Origin: Candidatus Dojkabacteria bacterium
GTDB lineage: Bacteria > Patescibacteriota > Dojkabacteria > SC72
Length of the DNA: 64,000 nucleotides
Direction: 5' to 3'
Assembly: GCA_012513575.1 (NCBI GenBank)
Contig: JAAZBX010000007.1
Location: 27,931-91,930 of the forward strand
The position numbers and the translations under genes were made by a program. The notes under the pieces were generated by a model. It was not told where the DNA came from. It saw nothing but the letters and a program-made list of their open reading frames with translations, and made no database searches. The first letter of the stretch is position 1, and each line of letters starts with the position of its first letter. Of the stretch, positions 1-9,702 are shown piece after piece.

Positions 1-461
1 AAATGGAAATATTCCTTTAACAATTTCTTCCTTCTTTCATCGCTTTTAGGAAGAAACCCTAAAAAAACAAACTTATCTGTTGGTAAACCCGAGATAGAGA
101 TTGCCGAAGTAAGAGCGGATGGGCCAGGAATTGATATGACAGAATACTCTTTTTCCAAAAGTTCTTTTACTAAACGGAAGCCTGGATCAGAGATTAAAGG
201 AGTTCCAGCGTCAGAAATTAATGCTAAATTCATACCCATATCTAACTTCTCTAATATCTTAAAAATCATTTTATCGTGATTTTGATCTCTATATGATACC
301 AACGGTGTATCTACCAAATACTTATCAAGCAACTTTTTACTTTCTCTAGTATCTTCTGAAAGAATAAAGGTTGCTTCTTTCAAGATCCTAATAGCTCTCA
401 AAGTAATATCTTCTAGATTACCTATAGGTGTAGCAACTACATATAGTTTCCCTTTCTCCAT
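1..461 (-). CDS. rsmI: 16S rRNA (cytidine1402-2'-O)-methyltransferase RsmI; 5' part of gene only, the 3' end runs off the window
   Basis: Reverse strand from the ATG at 461..459 translates to MEKGKLYVVATPIGNLEDITLRAIRILKEATFILSEDTRESKKLLDKY..., the typical RsmI N-terminus. The ORF is open to the window edge. Confidence 0.8.
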   Translation of the reverse strand, partial: MEKGKLYVVATPIGNLEDITLRAIRILKEATFILSEDTRESKKLLDKYLVDTPLVSYRDQNHDKMIFKILEKLDMGMNLALISDAGTPLISDPGFRLVKELLEKEYSVISIPGPSALTSAISISGLPTDKFVFLGFLPKSDERRKKLLKEYFH

Positions 462-1160
462 TTATTTATTATTTAAATTTATAATCTTATTAAGAACAGT
501 ATCAGTATTTTCTTCTGAGATTTCTTCTGAGCTTAAAGCTTCTTCTAACAAATATTTTCCAATCTTAAACCTTCTCAAATCTACCGAAGTCGCATACGCT
601 CCAGATTCTATGCCCAAATCATTAATTAAAGTTCTTATATACGTTCCTGATGAACAAAAAATATTAAAAGTAACAAAAGGCCAAGAATACTCTATACAAG
701 AAAATTCTAAAATCTTAATTATCCTAGGACTGATTTGAACTTCCTTTCCGGCCCTAGCATATTCATAGGCCTTTTTCCCATTAATTTTAATTGCTGAATA
801 AGAAGATGGAATTTGTTGAATTTCTCCTAAAAATTTCTTATGTATGATTTCTTCTAAAGTGTTTCTTGAAACAACTAGGCCTTTATTGTCCTGAATTACT
901 TTCTTCCCAGTTTCATCTTGAGAATCGGTAGCATATCCAAATTCCGCTTTAACCTGGTATCCTTTCTCTAAATGCAAAATCTCTTCCATTTTTTTTGTAG
1001 CTTTCCCAAGTAAAACAATTAAAAGGCCTGTTGCAAAAGGGTCTAACGTTCCTGCATGACCAATTTTTTGACCCTTCGGAAGAATTCTCTTTAATTTTCT
1101 AATTACATCATATGATGTAATTCCCTTCTCCTTGTCTATTAGTAAAATTCCGTCTATCAT
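462..1160 (-). CDS. truB: tRNA pseudouridine(55) synthase TruB
   Basis: GHAGTLDPFATGLL catalytic-Asp motif and TruB-like length (232 aa). Sits directly upstream of rsmI on the same strand. Confidence 0.85.
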   Translation of the reverse strand: MIDGILLIDKEKGITSYDVIRKLKRILPKGQKIGHAGTLDPFATGLLIVLLGKATKKMEEILHLEKGYQVKAEFGYATDSQDETGKKVIQDNKGLVVSRNTLEEIIHKKFLGEIQQIPSSYSAIKINGKKAYEYARAGKEVQISPRIIKILEFSCIEYSWPFVTFNIFCSSGTYIRTLINDLGIESGAYATSVDLRRFKIGKYLLEEALSSEEISEENTDTVLNKIINLNNK

Positions 1161-1191
1161 ATACCTAATTATATATTATTATTCTCTCTTC

Positions 1192-1740
1192 ATGTTAAAT
1201 GGAATTACAATTGGACTAATATCAACCGCAGTAATGCTTTTTGCGGGACTACTTATCACGATATTAATTAATGCTTTGTTAGCTCCAACAAAAAAAACTC
1301 CACAAAGAGTTCTTTCAGAAATTGTTCAACTCATGGGACTTGAAAAAAATGATACATTTTTAGATATGGGTTGTGGGGTAGGAGAGATTGTACTTGAAGC
1401 ATACAGAAGTGCTCAGTGTAAATGTTTTGGCTATGACATATCACCAATTATGATTATTCTTGCTAGAACAAAAAGAATTCTTCATTTCCCAATGTCTAAG
1501 GATATTGTTTTTGAAGGGGAGGATATTTTTAAACTTGACTTAAAGAATTTTACAAAGATATATTGCTTTTTAGATGAGAAAAGTATGGATGCTCTAAAGA
1601 AAAAATTTCAAAAGTTTATTTCAAGTGGTGGGGTAGTGTATAGCTATAGATATTGTATTAAAGATATGAAGAGTGAAAAGAAAGTGAAGTTGAGTGATAA
1701 CGAATATCTATATATCTATAGTGACTTAAATAAGAAATAG
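1192..1740 (+). CDS. Class I SAM-dependent methyltransferase with an N-terminal TM helix
   Basis: LDMGCGVGEIVLEA glycine-rich SAM-binding motif. The track ORF starts at 1132 and overlaps the truB start; the ATG at 1192 (MLNGITIG...) is in frame and the more likely start. Confidence 0.6.
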   Translation: MLNGITIGLISTAVMLFAGLLITILINALLAPTKKTPQRVLSEIVQLMGLEKNDTFLDMGCGVGEIVLEAYRSAQCKCFGYDISPIMIILARTKRILHFPMSKDIVFEGEDIFKLDLKNFTKIYCFLDEKSMDALKKKFQKFISSGGVVYSYRYCIKDMKSEKKVKLSDNEYLYIYSDLNKK

Positions 1741-1813
1741 GTTTGTTGGAGGGAACAATTAAGAAATAAGCATAAGGCTTAATTAGATTGTTCCCTCCAT
1801 TGGGTTCTACCGG

Positions 1814-2170
1814 TTACATATATGAGTCTGTCAAAAACAAAATCAAAAGAATAAGAGGAAGAAACTTTAGTAAGGACAGAGCCAAATTAATTAGCCCCAG
1901 GCCAAATTTACCCTTTTCCACTTTTCCAAGCGAAAAATTACTTACTTCAAGAATTATCGCTATGATAAAAGCAAATGTTGCTCCTCTTAGAAACAAACCA
2001 AAAGGAAAAGATCCTTGGCCTCTGTTAAGGGTATACACGAGAAAAGTACTCACATATATTCCTATTTGGACCAAATTGACCCAAAGTTTCCCTTGGTTTT
2101 TCCCAATCTGGTAAGCCTCGATTATTACTTCGAGTACCATTAGGTATACAAAAACAATATCCCAGTTCAT
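1814..2170 (-). CDS. Hypothetical polytopic membrane protein
   Basis: 118 aa with several hydrophobic helices. Preferred over the antisense low-complexity ORF 1788..2114. Confidence 0.45.
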   Translation of the reverse strand: MNWDIVFVYLMVLEVIIEAYQIGKNQGKLWVNLVQIGIYVSTFLVYTLNRGQGSFPFGLFLRGATFAFIIAIILEVSNFSLGKVEKGKFGLGLINLALSLLKFLPLILLILFLTDSYM

Positions 2171-2179
2171 TTTTCTCCT

Positions 2180-2368
2180 TTATATCTCAACAAAGAATGG
2201 AATGGCTATCATTACAGCCCCAACTAAAATAAGTATTGTCCCGAAAAAAGAATTCGTGACTTCCTGACCATTGGAAATCAATTTCTTTCGGTTTAAAGTT
2301 TTCGACCAAGTCAGTATCAGCGAACCAAGCAAAAAAATACAAAATCCAACTGGAATTATTTTTTCCAT
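2180..2368 (-). CDS. Small hypothetical membrane protein with two TM helices
   Basis: 62 aa with two hydrophobic segments, in tandem with 1814..2170 on the same strand. Confidence 0.4.
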   Translation of the reverse strand: MEKIIPVGFCIFLLGSLILTWSKTLNRKKLISNGQEVTNSFFGTILILVGAVMIAIPFFVEI

Positions 2369-2557
2369 CGTTTCTCCTTTGATTATTTTCTATTTTTTAG
2401 TAAAACCCAATATACCCTCAACACTTGTTAAGAAAATATTGGGCTTCACTAATAAAAAATAGGGTAGAACCTTTTTAAAGAGCAGTTGATACCATAAAAG
2501 GTACCTACTTACATTATACTATAGGTTGCATCTTTTCTCAATAGAGGGGGTAGAAAA

Positions 2558-2602
2558 GAGAGTCTTCTTACGAAATAAAATCGTATAGAGATGAAGACTC
2601 TC
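2558..2602 (-). terminator. Putative intrinsic terminator downstream of the 2633..3043 gene
   Basis: 10-bp inverted repeat GAGAGTCTTC / GAAGACTCTC at 2558-2567 and 2593-2602 with a 25-nt loop, followed on the minus strand by a short T run. Confidence 0.4.
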
Positions 2603-2632
2603 CTTAATCTGTTCTTTACGGTCTAATGGTTA

Positions 2633-3043
2633 TTAGAATTCACAATCCTCGTCGAGATCTTCATCTTCAAAAAGATCTTCTTCATCAAATTCCCTATCTT
2701 CGAGAATTTCTTCTGAATCGTTTTCGACATCATAACAAACTGAGAAATTTGATTCTAAACAACTGATAATGGTTTCAAAATCAAGATAGTTCCCTTTATA
2801 AAGGAAGTCAACACAACCATCTGGGTCGACATTTACAAAAAGACTGAAGCTCGAATCACCTTCTTTTGCTTCATTAACTTTTTGTGTTAATGCCTCCTCA
2901 AGCCATTCGTGGTCGTGGAGGGAAACTTGAGCATAGAATGCTGTGTAACCCTTCTTTCTTAACTCTTTGACCGCACGTTCGTCCAGTAACGCAATTGCCA
3001 AAAGCATGCTTTCTCCTTTTTTTTCTAATACCGTAAAGAACAA
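2633..3043 (-). CDS. Hypothetical protein with a strongly acidic C-terminal tail
   Basis: 136 aa ending ...EEDLFEDEDLDEDCEF. No family recognised. Confidence 0.5.
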   Translation of the reverse strand: MFFTVLEKKGESMLLAIALLDERAVKELRKKGYTAFYAQVSLHDHEWLEEALTQKVNEAKEGDSSFSLFVNVDPDGCVDFLYKGNYLDFETIISCLESNFSVCYDVENDSEEILEDREFDEEDLFEDEDLDEDCEF

Positions 3044-3108
3044 GAACAGACCAGTATTCTAACACAAAAAGAGCTCTCTTTAAAGACATATTAATGATAT
3101 AATGGGGA

Positions 3109-4320
3109 ATGAACCCACATGAACCTCTCGCTTCAAAATATCGACCTAGGTCTTTAGATGATTTTGTAGGTCAGGAACATTTAGTTGGAGAGAAGGGACC
3201 AATAAGAAAATTTATTGAATCTGGAAAAATCCCCTCAATGATTTTCTGGGGACCTCCTGGTACAGGCAAAACTACACTCGCATACATTCTTTCCTTGAAC
3301 CTTTACTACGATTTTCACAAAATGCAGGCAGTAAATAGTGGGAAAGATGCTTTGAGAAAGGTTATCAAAGTTGCAATGGCAAACCAGCAATATGGCAAAA
3401 AAACCATTCTTTTTCTAGACGAAATACATAGATGGAACAAAGCTCAACAAGATACACTTCTTCCGTATGTTGAAAAAGGAATAATTACATTAATTGGTGC
3501 AACAACAGAGAATCCATCTTTTACAGTAATATCAGCTCTTCTTTCAAGAACCAAGGTATTTGTATTTAAGCAACAGACAGAAGAAGATATTGTAAAACTT
3601 CTTACAAAGATATCAAATAAAGAATACCCGGACATAAAAATATCTAAAAAGGTTCTTCAACAAATGGCAAGTCTTTCGAATGGAGATATTCGCTCAGGAC
3701 TTAACATTCTTGAAATGAGCACAACATTGGCAAATTCTGAAATAAAAAATAGTGAGAAAGCTGAAGTAAAAGAGGAAACGTTAATTGAAACTGTTCAAAA
3801 ACCGGTATATTACGATAAAACCGGAGAAGAGCACTACAACATCATCTCAGCTATCCACAAATCTATGAGATCCTCAAATCCTGATGCGGCCTGCTACTGG
3901 GTAGGAAGAATGTTGGCAGGAGGAGAAGACCCTCTGTATATTGCAAGAAGGATGTTAAGATTTGCAAGTGAAGATATTGGGAATGCAGATCCTAGCGCTT
4001 TAATACTTGCAAACAGTGTATATGAGGCTTGTCAAAAGATTGGTATGCCTGAGTGTGAGATATTTCTAATGCAGTTGGCAATATATCTAGCAAATGCTCC
4101 AAAGGACAACACGGCATATCTCGTTGAAGGACAAGTAAAACAGGACATTGAAGAATACGGCAACTTACCTGTACCCTTAAATATTCGAAATGCAGAAACT
4201 AAACTGATGAAAGAAATAGGATATGGGAAAGGATATGAGTATGACCATGAGCTTCCAAACAAGAAATCAGACCAACAGTGTATGCCAGATAAATTAAAAA
4301 AAAGAAAATATATTCATTAA
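3109..4320 (+). CDS. rarA: Replication-associated recombination protein A (AAA+ ATPase RarA/MgsA)
   Basis: N-terminus KYRPRSLDDFVGQEHL, Walker A GPPGTGKTTLA and a C-terminal MgsA helical domain. Confidence 0.9.
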   Translation: MNPHEPLASKYRPRSLDDFVGQEHLVGEKGPIRKFIESGKIPSMIFWGPPGTGKTTLAYILSLNLYYDFHKMQAVNSGKDALRKVIKVAMANQQYGKKTILFLDEIHRWNKAQQDTLLPYVEKGIITLIGATTENPSFTVISALLSRTKVFVFKQQTEEDIVKLLTKISNKEYPDIKISKKVLQQMASLSNGDIRSGLNILEMSTTLANSEIKNSEKAEVKEETLIETVQKPVYYDKTGEEHYNIISAIHKSMRSSNPDAACYWVGRMLAGGEDPLYIARRMLRFASEDIGNADPSALILANSVYEACQKIGMPECEIFLMQLAIYLANAPKDNTAYLVEGQVKQDIEEYGNLPVPLNIRNAETKLMKEIGYGKGYEYDHELPNKKSDQQCMPDKLKKRKYIH

Positions 4321-4370
4321 ATTTAGAATCTCTTGTGGAAAGTTAAGAAGAATGAATATATAATTAGAAG

Positions 4371-5597
4371 ATGGAAATAAAAAAAGATTTAGAAATAATT
4401 GAAAGAATACTCAACAAAGGAGTAGAGCAGATTTTGCCTTCAAAAGACGCACTAAAGGAAAAACTCCTATCTGGGGAAAGGTTAACCATCTATCAAGGGT
4501 TTGACCCAACTGCACCATCGCTTCATATTGGGCACACCGTGGGCATGAGAAAACTAGAAGACTTTAGGAAATTGGGACATAAGGTTATATTTCTCATAGG
4601 AGATTTTACTGCAAGAATAGGTGACCCCTCTGATAAAAAAGAGGCAAGAGACTCCGCGAGAAAAGTATTGACTAAAGAACAGGTCGAATCAAATTTAAAA
4701 AGATATATTGATCAGGCATCTCACATTATCGATATCAAAAACGAGGAAAACCCAGTAGAAATTAAATATAATAGTGAATGGCACGAGAAATTATCCTTCC
4801 CTGACATAATAAACCTTGCCTCAGAATTTACTGTTCAGCAAATGATTAAGAGGAGTATGTATCAAGAAAGACTTAAGGAGGACAGGCCTATTTATTTAAA
4901 TGAATTTCTATATCCAATAATGCAAGGATATGATTCCGTTGTTATGGATGTAGATATCGAAGTCGGAGGAAACGATCAATTGTTCAATATGCTTGCTGGA
5001 AGAGATATGGTCCTGAACCATCTTAAAAAAGAAAAAATCGTTTTGGCTGGGAAATTGCTTGAAACAGCGGATGGAAATAAAATGGGCAAATCAGAAGGAA
5101 ATATGGTAAGACTAGATGATTCCCCAGAGGATATCTATGGGAAAATAATGTCCTTTGAGGACAATCAAATTCTTACATCTTTTGAAATTTTGACAAATGC
5201 CTCTATGGATGAAATCAATCAATACAAAAAAAGAATAGAAAATGGGGAAAACCCAATGACCCTAAAAAAAGAATTAGCCTTTAAAATTACTTCAGAAATC
5301 AAGTCGGAAGAAGATGCAAAAAAAGCAGAACTGTTTTTTGAGGCTATATTTCAAAAAAAGAACATAGATACGGAAATCCCCACAATTAAAATTCAAAAGG
5401 ATTCCCTCTCCCTTGTGGACCTAATTTACGAATGTAATTTTGCTAGAAGTAAAGGAGACGCAAGAAGATTAATAGAACAAGGTGCTGTACATATTAATGG
5501 GGAAAAATGTTCGGTTTTTAACCAAAATATCGATTTAAAAAACTCCCAAACAATTCTTAAAGTTGGAAGACAGATAGCCAAGATAGAAATTCAATAA
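4371..5597 (+). CDS. tyrS: Tyrosine--tRNA ligase
   Basis: GFDPTAPSLHIGH (HIGH motif), KMGKSEGN (KMSKS motif) and a C-terminal S4-like domain. Confidence 0.9.
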   Translation: MEIKKDLEIIERILNKGVEQILPSKDALKEKLLSGERLTIYQGFDPTAPSLHIGHTVGMRKLEDFRKLGHKVIFLIGDFTARIGDPSDKKEARDSARKVLTKEQVESNLKRYIDQASHIIDIKNEENPVEIKYNSEWHEKLSFPDIINLASEFTVQQMIKRSMYQERLKEDRPIYLNEFLYPIMQGYDSVVMDVDIEVGGNDQLFNMLAGRDMVLNHLKKEKIVLAGKLLETADGNKMGKSEGNMVRLDDSPEDIYGKIMSFEDNQILTSFEILTNASMDEINQYKKRIENGENPMTLKKELAFKITSEIKSEEDAKKAELFFEAIFQKKNIDTEIPTIKIQKDSLSLVDLIYECNFARSKGDARRLIEQGAVHINGEKCSVFNQNIDLKNSQTILKVGRQIAKIEIQ

Positions 5598-5600
5598 TAA

Positions 5601-7064
5601 ATGGAAATACAAACACCAACAGGTGTACTAAAAAATAGGATTTACTCCCTTGCTCCTTTGAATTTTACAAAGGACTTAAAAGAAGCTATTTCATATGTCG
5701 AAAAGAAATACGAAGGAAAGACAAGATTCAATGGCGTCCCAATGATTAATCATGTTCTTGAAATCGCAATCTCTTTACTTGAAAAAGGTCTGGATTTAAA
5801 CACCTCCATTGCGACTCTTTTACATGAAATTGAACTAAATGGATTAATCGAGGAAGAGATTCGAAACCTTTTTTCTGAAGATGTAATGGAGATACTTAAT
5901 GGAATCAAAAAAATTAAAAGAGGTACAGATAGTGTCGACACAAATCCAGAACTTATTATTAAATATGTTTTAAATGTATCTGAAGATTTACGACCAGTAT
6001 ATTTAAAAATTTTTGATACTTTGCATGACATTCGCTCTTTTGATGAAATCCCCGAAGATCAGAAAAAAAACAAACTTTTTAAAGCATTAAATATCTATGG
6101 AATATTAGCAGAATATCTCTATTTAGAAGATTTAAAGAAGGAGCTTGAAGAAAAAGCCTTTTCATACTACCTCCCAATTGAGTATAGAAGTATCTCAAAC
6201 AAAATGGATTCGTTAGGGATTTCACAAGAGCTACTGGATAAATATAAAAAAGAAATACTGCTAAGAGTAAAAGAATCTGGGATTAAAGCACGAATAGAAC
6301 AAAGAATAAAAAGTAAGTACAGTATTTACAAGAAATTAAAGAAATATGAAAAAGAGTGGATCGACCCTAATATAAGTAGGCTGGATGATTTAATAGCTTT
6401 GAGGATAATTACTCCTAATCCAAATTCCTGTTATGAAATACTCGAGAAATTAATGGACAATGGGGAGATTGTAGAAGAAAGATTTGATGACTACATTTCT
6501 AATCCAAAACCAAATGGATACAAAGCGATACAATTTCCAATTCGTTTCCCAACAATCTCAGATATGAATATTGAACTTCAGATATTAACTGAGGATATGT
6601 ACAAAGAGAACACCTTCGGAAAAGCTTCTCACATAGCATACAAAGCGAGCCAGTTAAGATATGCAAAACCAACAAACAAATTCGATTGGGTCAAAAAGAT
6701 TCAAGATGAAATAGATAGAAGTAAAATCGAAAGTAAGAAATCGAAATCGTTCCCAATAAGATGTAAGATTTTTGACGATGAAGTCTTTGCATTTACTCCT
6801 AGGGGAAAAATAATTGCTCTAGACAATGGAGATACTGTTTTGGATTTTGCTTTTAGGCTTCACACAGATATTGGGAATAAAGCCGAGAGTGCGAGAGTAA
6901 ATGGATTTCCTGCGAAACTTGCTCAGCAATTAATAACAGGAGATACAGTAGAAATAAAAGTAGATAAAAACAAGTCACATCAAAAAGACATTACTTTGGA
7001 ATACGCAAATTCAAGGAGTACAAAAAATAAAATTAGGAAAAATATCAAACAGGGGGTTAAATAA
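5601..7064 (+). CDS. Short RelA/SpoT-homologue (p)ppGpp synthetase with a TGS domain
   Basis: Synthetase motifs RIKSKYSIYKKLKK and DLIALRIIT. A C-terminal TGS domain (FTPRGKIIALDNGDTVLDFAFRLHTDIGN...GDTVEI). The N-terminal HD-like region reads LLHEIE rather than HD. Confidence 0.7.
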   Translation: MEIQTPTGVLKNRIYSLAPLNFTKDLKEAISYVEKKYEGKTRFNGVPMINHVLEIAISLLEKGLDLNTSIATLLHEIELNGLIEEEIRNLFSEDVMEILNGIKKIKRGTDSVDTNPELIIKYVLNVSEDLRPVYLKIFDTLHDIRSFDEIPEDQKKNKLFKALNIYGILAEYLYLEDLKKELEEKAFSYYLPIEYRSISNKMDSLGISQELLDKYKKEILLRVKESGIKARIEQRIKSKYSIYKKLKKYEKEWIDPNISRLDDLIALRIITPNPNSCYEILEKLMDNGEIVEERFDDYISNPKPNGYKAIQFPIRFPTISDMNIELQILTEDMYKENTFGKASHIAYKASQLRYAKPTNKFDWVKKIQDEIDRSKIESKKSKSFPIRCKIFDDEVFAFTPRGKIIALDNGDTVLDFAFRLHTDIGNKAESARVNGFPAKLAQQLITGDTVEIKVDKNKSHQKDITLEYANSRSTKNKIRKNIKQGVK

Positions 7065-7204
7065 AAAATCAAAAAGATATACAATATAGAGATGAAAAAG
7101 AAAACTAAAGCTAACGTAACAAAAATTATTAACATAATCATGGCAGTCGTTCTACTAGCAAGTATTGTAGTCCCAATGATTATTGTTTTAACTTCTCTCT
7201 AATA

Positions 7205-9196
7205 ATGTTTAATAAAGATATAGATATTTGCCAATTAAAAGGAGTTGGTACTAAGTCTGAGTATTTCTACAGAAAATTGGGTATAAATACAATCAGAAAT
7301 CTATTAAGCCATATCCCTTTTAGATATCAAGACTCTTCAAATATTATCTCTATAAATGTTTTTAAACAATTAAAAGAAGGTACTTTCCTAGGAGAGATTG
7401 AAGAAGTTAAAACAACTTATTTCAGAAAGAAAATTACGACAGTAAAAGTAAAAGACGACTCTGATAGTATTAGATTAGTGTTTTTCAACCAAGCGTATCT
7501 TCAGAAAACATTTAAAAAAAATGATGTCTACATTTTTGATGCAAAAATTACCGAGAAAAACGGAAGAAAAAATATTTACAATCCAAAATACGAGAAATTT
7601 AAGTTAGACAAAAAAAACCAATTTCATGTGGGGAAAATTGTTGGAGTATACCCTGAGACCAAAGGTCTTTCTTCTGCCATCTTAAGAAGAAGAATCTTTC
7701 AATTAAGAGATGATATCTCCAATATTTTCGAAGATCCACTACAAGGTTACAATCTCCCTTTATTAAGCCTTCCAAAGTCTATTGAGAAGATTCATTTCCC
7801 TGAAAATATTAACGACACCGAAGAAGCAAGAAAAAGACTTGCCTTTGATGAAATGTTAAAAGTTGCAATTAGTATTGAGAAAGAACATTTAAATAGAAAA
7901 AAGCAAAAGGCTATTCAAATACCTCTAGACTCAATTCTTATTAACAAATTTATTAAATCCCTTCCATACAAATTAACAAATGATCAGGTTAAAGCAATGG
8001 AGGAGATTTTGGAAGATTGCACACAAACACAGCCAATGAACAGGCTCCTAAACGGAGATGTGGGAAGTGGAAAAACAGTTGTCGCGGCTTCTGTAATTCT
8101 AAATTGTATAAATAGAGGTTTCTCAGCAATAGTACTTGCACCAACAACTGTTTTGGCGAAACAACACTTTGAAACCTTTAAAAATCTTTTTAAGAATTTT
8201 GATATAAATATTGAGCTTTGTATCTCTACAGAAAAAAGTATTTCCGATTCAAACAACAAATTAATAATTGGCACTCATGCTATTCTGTACAACCAGATCC
8301 TCCCAAAGGATTTAAACTTAGTAATAATTGACGAACAGCACAGATTTGGTGTTGAACAAAGACAGTATTTTAAACAAAAGAAAGTTGTGTCTCCGCATTA
8401 CTTAACAATGACAGCCACTCCCATTCCTAGAAGTTTGACCGAAATTTTTTTCGGTGGGCTTGATGTGTCAGAAATAAGAGAGAAGCCAACTAATAGAATT
8501 GAAGTTAAAACTTACTACACACCTTCCAAGAAAAGACTAGAGTGCTTTCAATGGGTCAAAGAAAAAATTATTTCTGGAGAAAGAAAAGATCAGGCATTTT
8601 TCATTTACCCTCTAATAGAAGAAACCGAAAAATCTACTAGAAAGTCTATTTTAAATGAATTTGAAAGTTTGACTAATATTTTTGACGGATTAAATGTTCA
8701 ATATCTGCATGGGAAATTGAAAGAGGAAGAAAAAAGTAGATTACTTAATGATTTTAAAGAGAAAAAAATTGATGTTCTAATATCTACGACTGTAATTGAA
8801 GTTGGAATTGACATCCCAGATGCAACAATTATGGTAATAGAAGATGCTGAGAGATTTGGGCTTGCACAACTTCATCAGCTAAGAGGAAGAGTGGGTCGAA
8901 GCGATAAGGAATCTTACTGCTTTGTTATACCAGGCAATACCGTTGAGAAGGGTTCCCCTGCTGAAGAAAGATTACTGTATTTCGCTAAACACAGTTCTGG
9001 TTTTGAAGTAGCAGAATTTGATTTAAAAAGGAGAGGACCGGGAGAAGTATACGGAACAAGACAGTCAGGAATTCCAAATTTTAAAGTTGCAAGTATTTAT
9101 GATACAGACTTACTAAAAGAGGCACGAATATTTGCTAAAAAAATCCTAAAGGAAGATAATAATCTTCAATATATTTTAGATAATCTTTTCTCATAA
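7205..9196 (+). CDS. recG: ATP-dependent DNA helicase RecG
   Basis: N-terminal wedge/OB domain. Helicase motifs GDVGSGKT, DEQHRFGVEQR and QLHQLRGRVGR. Confidence 0.9.
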   Translation: MFNKDIDICQLKGVGTKSEYFYRKLGINTIRNLLSHIPFRYQDSSNIISINVFKQLKEGTFLGEIEEVKTTYFRKKITTVKVKDDSDSIRLVFFNQAYLQKTFKKNDVYIFDAKITEKNGRKNIYNPKYEKFKLDKKNQFHVGKIVGVYPETKGLSSAILRRRIFQLRDDISNIFEDPLQGYNLPLLSLPKSIEKIHFPENINDTEEARKRLAFDEMLKVAISIEKEHLNRKKQKAIQIPLDSILINKFIKSLPYKLTNDQVKAMEEILEDCTQTQPMNRLLNGDVGSGKTVVAASVILNCINRGFSAIVLAPTTVLAKQHFETFKNLFKNFDINIELCISTEKSISDSNNKLIIGTHAILYNQILPKDLNLVIIDEQHRFGVEQRQYFKQKKVVSPHYLTMTATPIPRSLTEIFFGGLDVSEIREKPTNRIEVKTYYTPSKKRLECFQWVKEKIISGERKDQAFFIYPLIEETEKSTRKSILNEFESLTNIFDGLNVQYLHGKLKEEEKSRLLNDFKEKKIDVLISTTVIEVGIDIPDATIMVIEDAERFGLAQLHQLRGRVGRSDKESYCFVIPGNTVEKGSPAEERLLYFAKHSSGFEVAEFDLKRRGPGEVYGTRQSGIPNFKVASIYDTDLLKEARIFAKKILKEDNNLQYILDNLFS

Positions 9197-9197
9197 A

Positions 9198-9656
9198 ATG
9201 GAAATCCATTTGGTCTTGGACAATATTCGCTCAGTTTTTAACGTAGGAAGTATATTTCGTTCTGCAGATGGGGCAGGTAGTGTAAAAAAAATTTACCTTT
9301 GTGGGATGACATCTGATATCAATAATCCAAAGCTTGAGAAAACTGCACTTGGAGCAATTGAAATGGTTCCATCTGAACATTACGAGAGTACCCAAGATGC
9401 TCTTGAAGAGATAAGAGCAAATAATATTCCAATATATTCAGTAGAATTAACTGAGGATGCAGTAAATTTCCAAACAGTTAAATATCCTTTAAAAATTGCA
9501 TTGATATTTGGACATGAGAAAATGGGTGTTGATGAGAACATTTTAAATACTTCTGATAAAAAAATATTTGTTCCTATGAGAGGAAAAAAAGAATCCTTAA
9601 ATGTTGCAAATTGTGCAACAACTGTTCTGTATGAGATCACTAGAGAACAAAAATAA
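9198..9656 (+). CDS. SpoU/TrmH-family RNA 2'-O-methyltransferase
   Basis: NIRSVFNVGSIFRSADGAG and LIFGHEKMGV motifs of the SPOUT fold. About 150 aa. Confidence 0.75.
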   Translation: MEIHLVLDNIRSVFNVGSIFRSADGAGSVKKIYLCGMTSDINNPKLEKTALGAIEMVPSEHYESTQDALEEIRANNIPIYSVELTEDAVNFQTVKYPLKIALIFGHEKMGVDENILNTSDKKIFVPMRGKKESLNVANCATTVLYEITREQK

Positions 9657-9702
9657 GCCTTTAATAGCTTTATTTTTAAACATTAAAACGATATAATCCC
9701 TT

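Noticed and set aside
1788-2114. Plus-strand 108-aa ORF antisense to the membrane-protein ORF 1814..2170
   Set aside because: Low-complexity translation. The minus-strand product is a coherent multi-TM protein that pairs with the next minus-strand gene. Only one of the two can be real.
2271-2462. 63-aa plus-strand ORF antisense to 2180..2368
   Set aside because: It overlaps the small membrane ORF, and no RBS or motif supports it.
7984-8274. Antisense ORFs inside large genes (for example 7984..8274 in recG, 22737..23045 in mutS, 25362..25643 and 26968..27312 in the PpsA-like gene, 50755..51093 in pilB, 62426..62764 in the GC-rich gene)
   Set aside because: They lie wholly within strongly supported genes on the opposite strand or in another frame. 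This is typical of spurious ORFs in AT-rich DNA.
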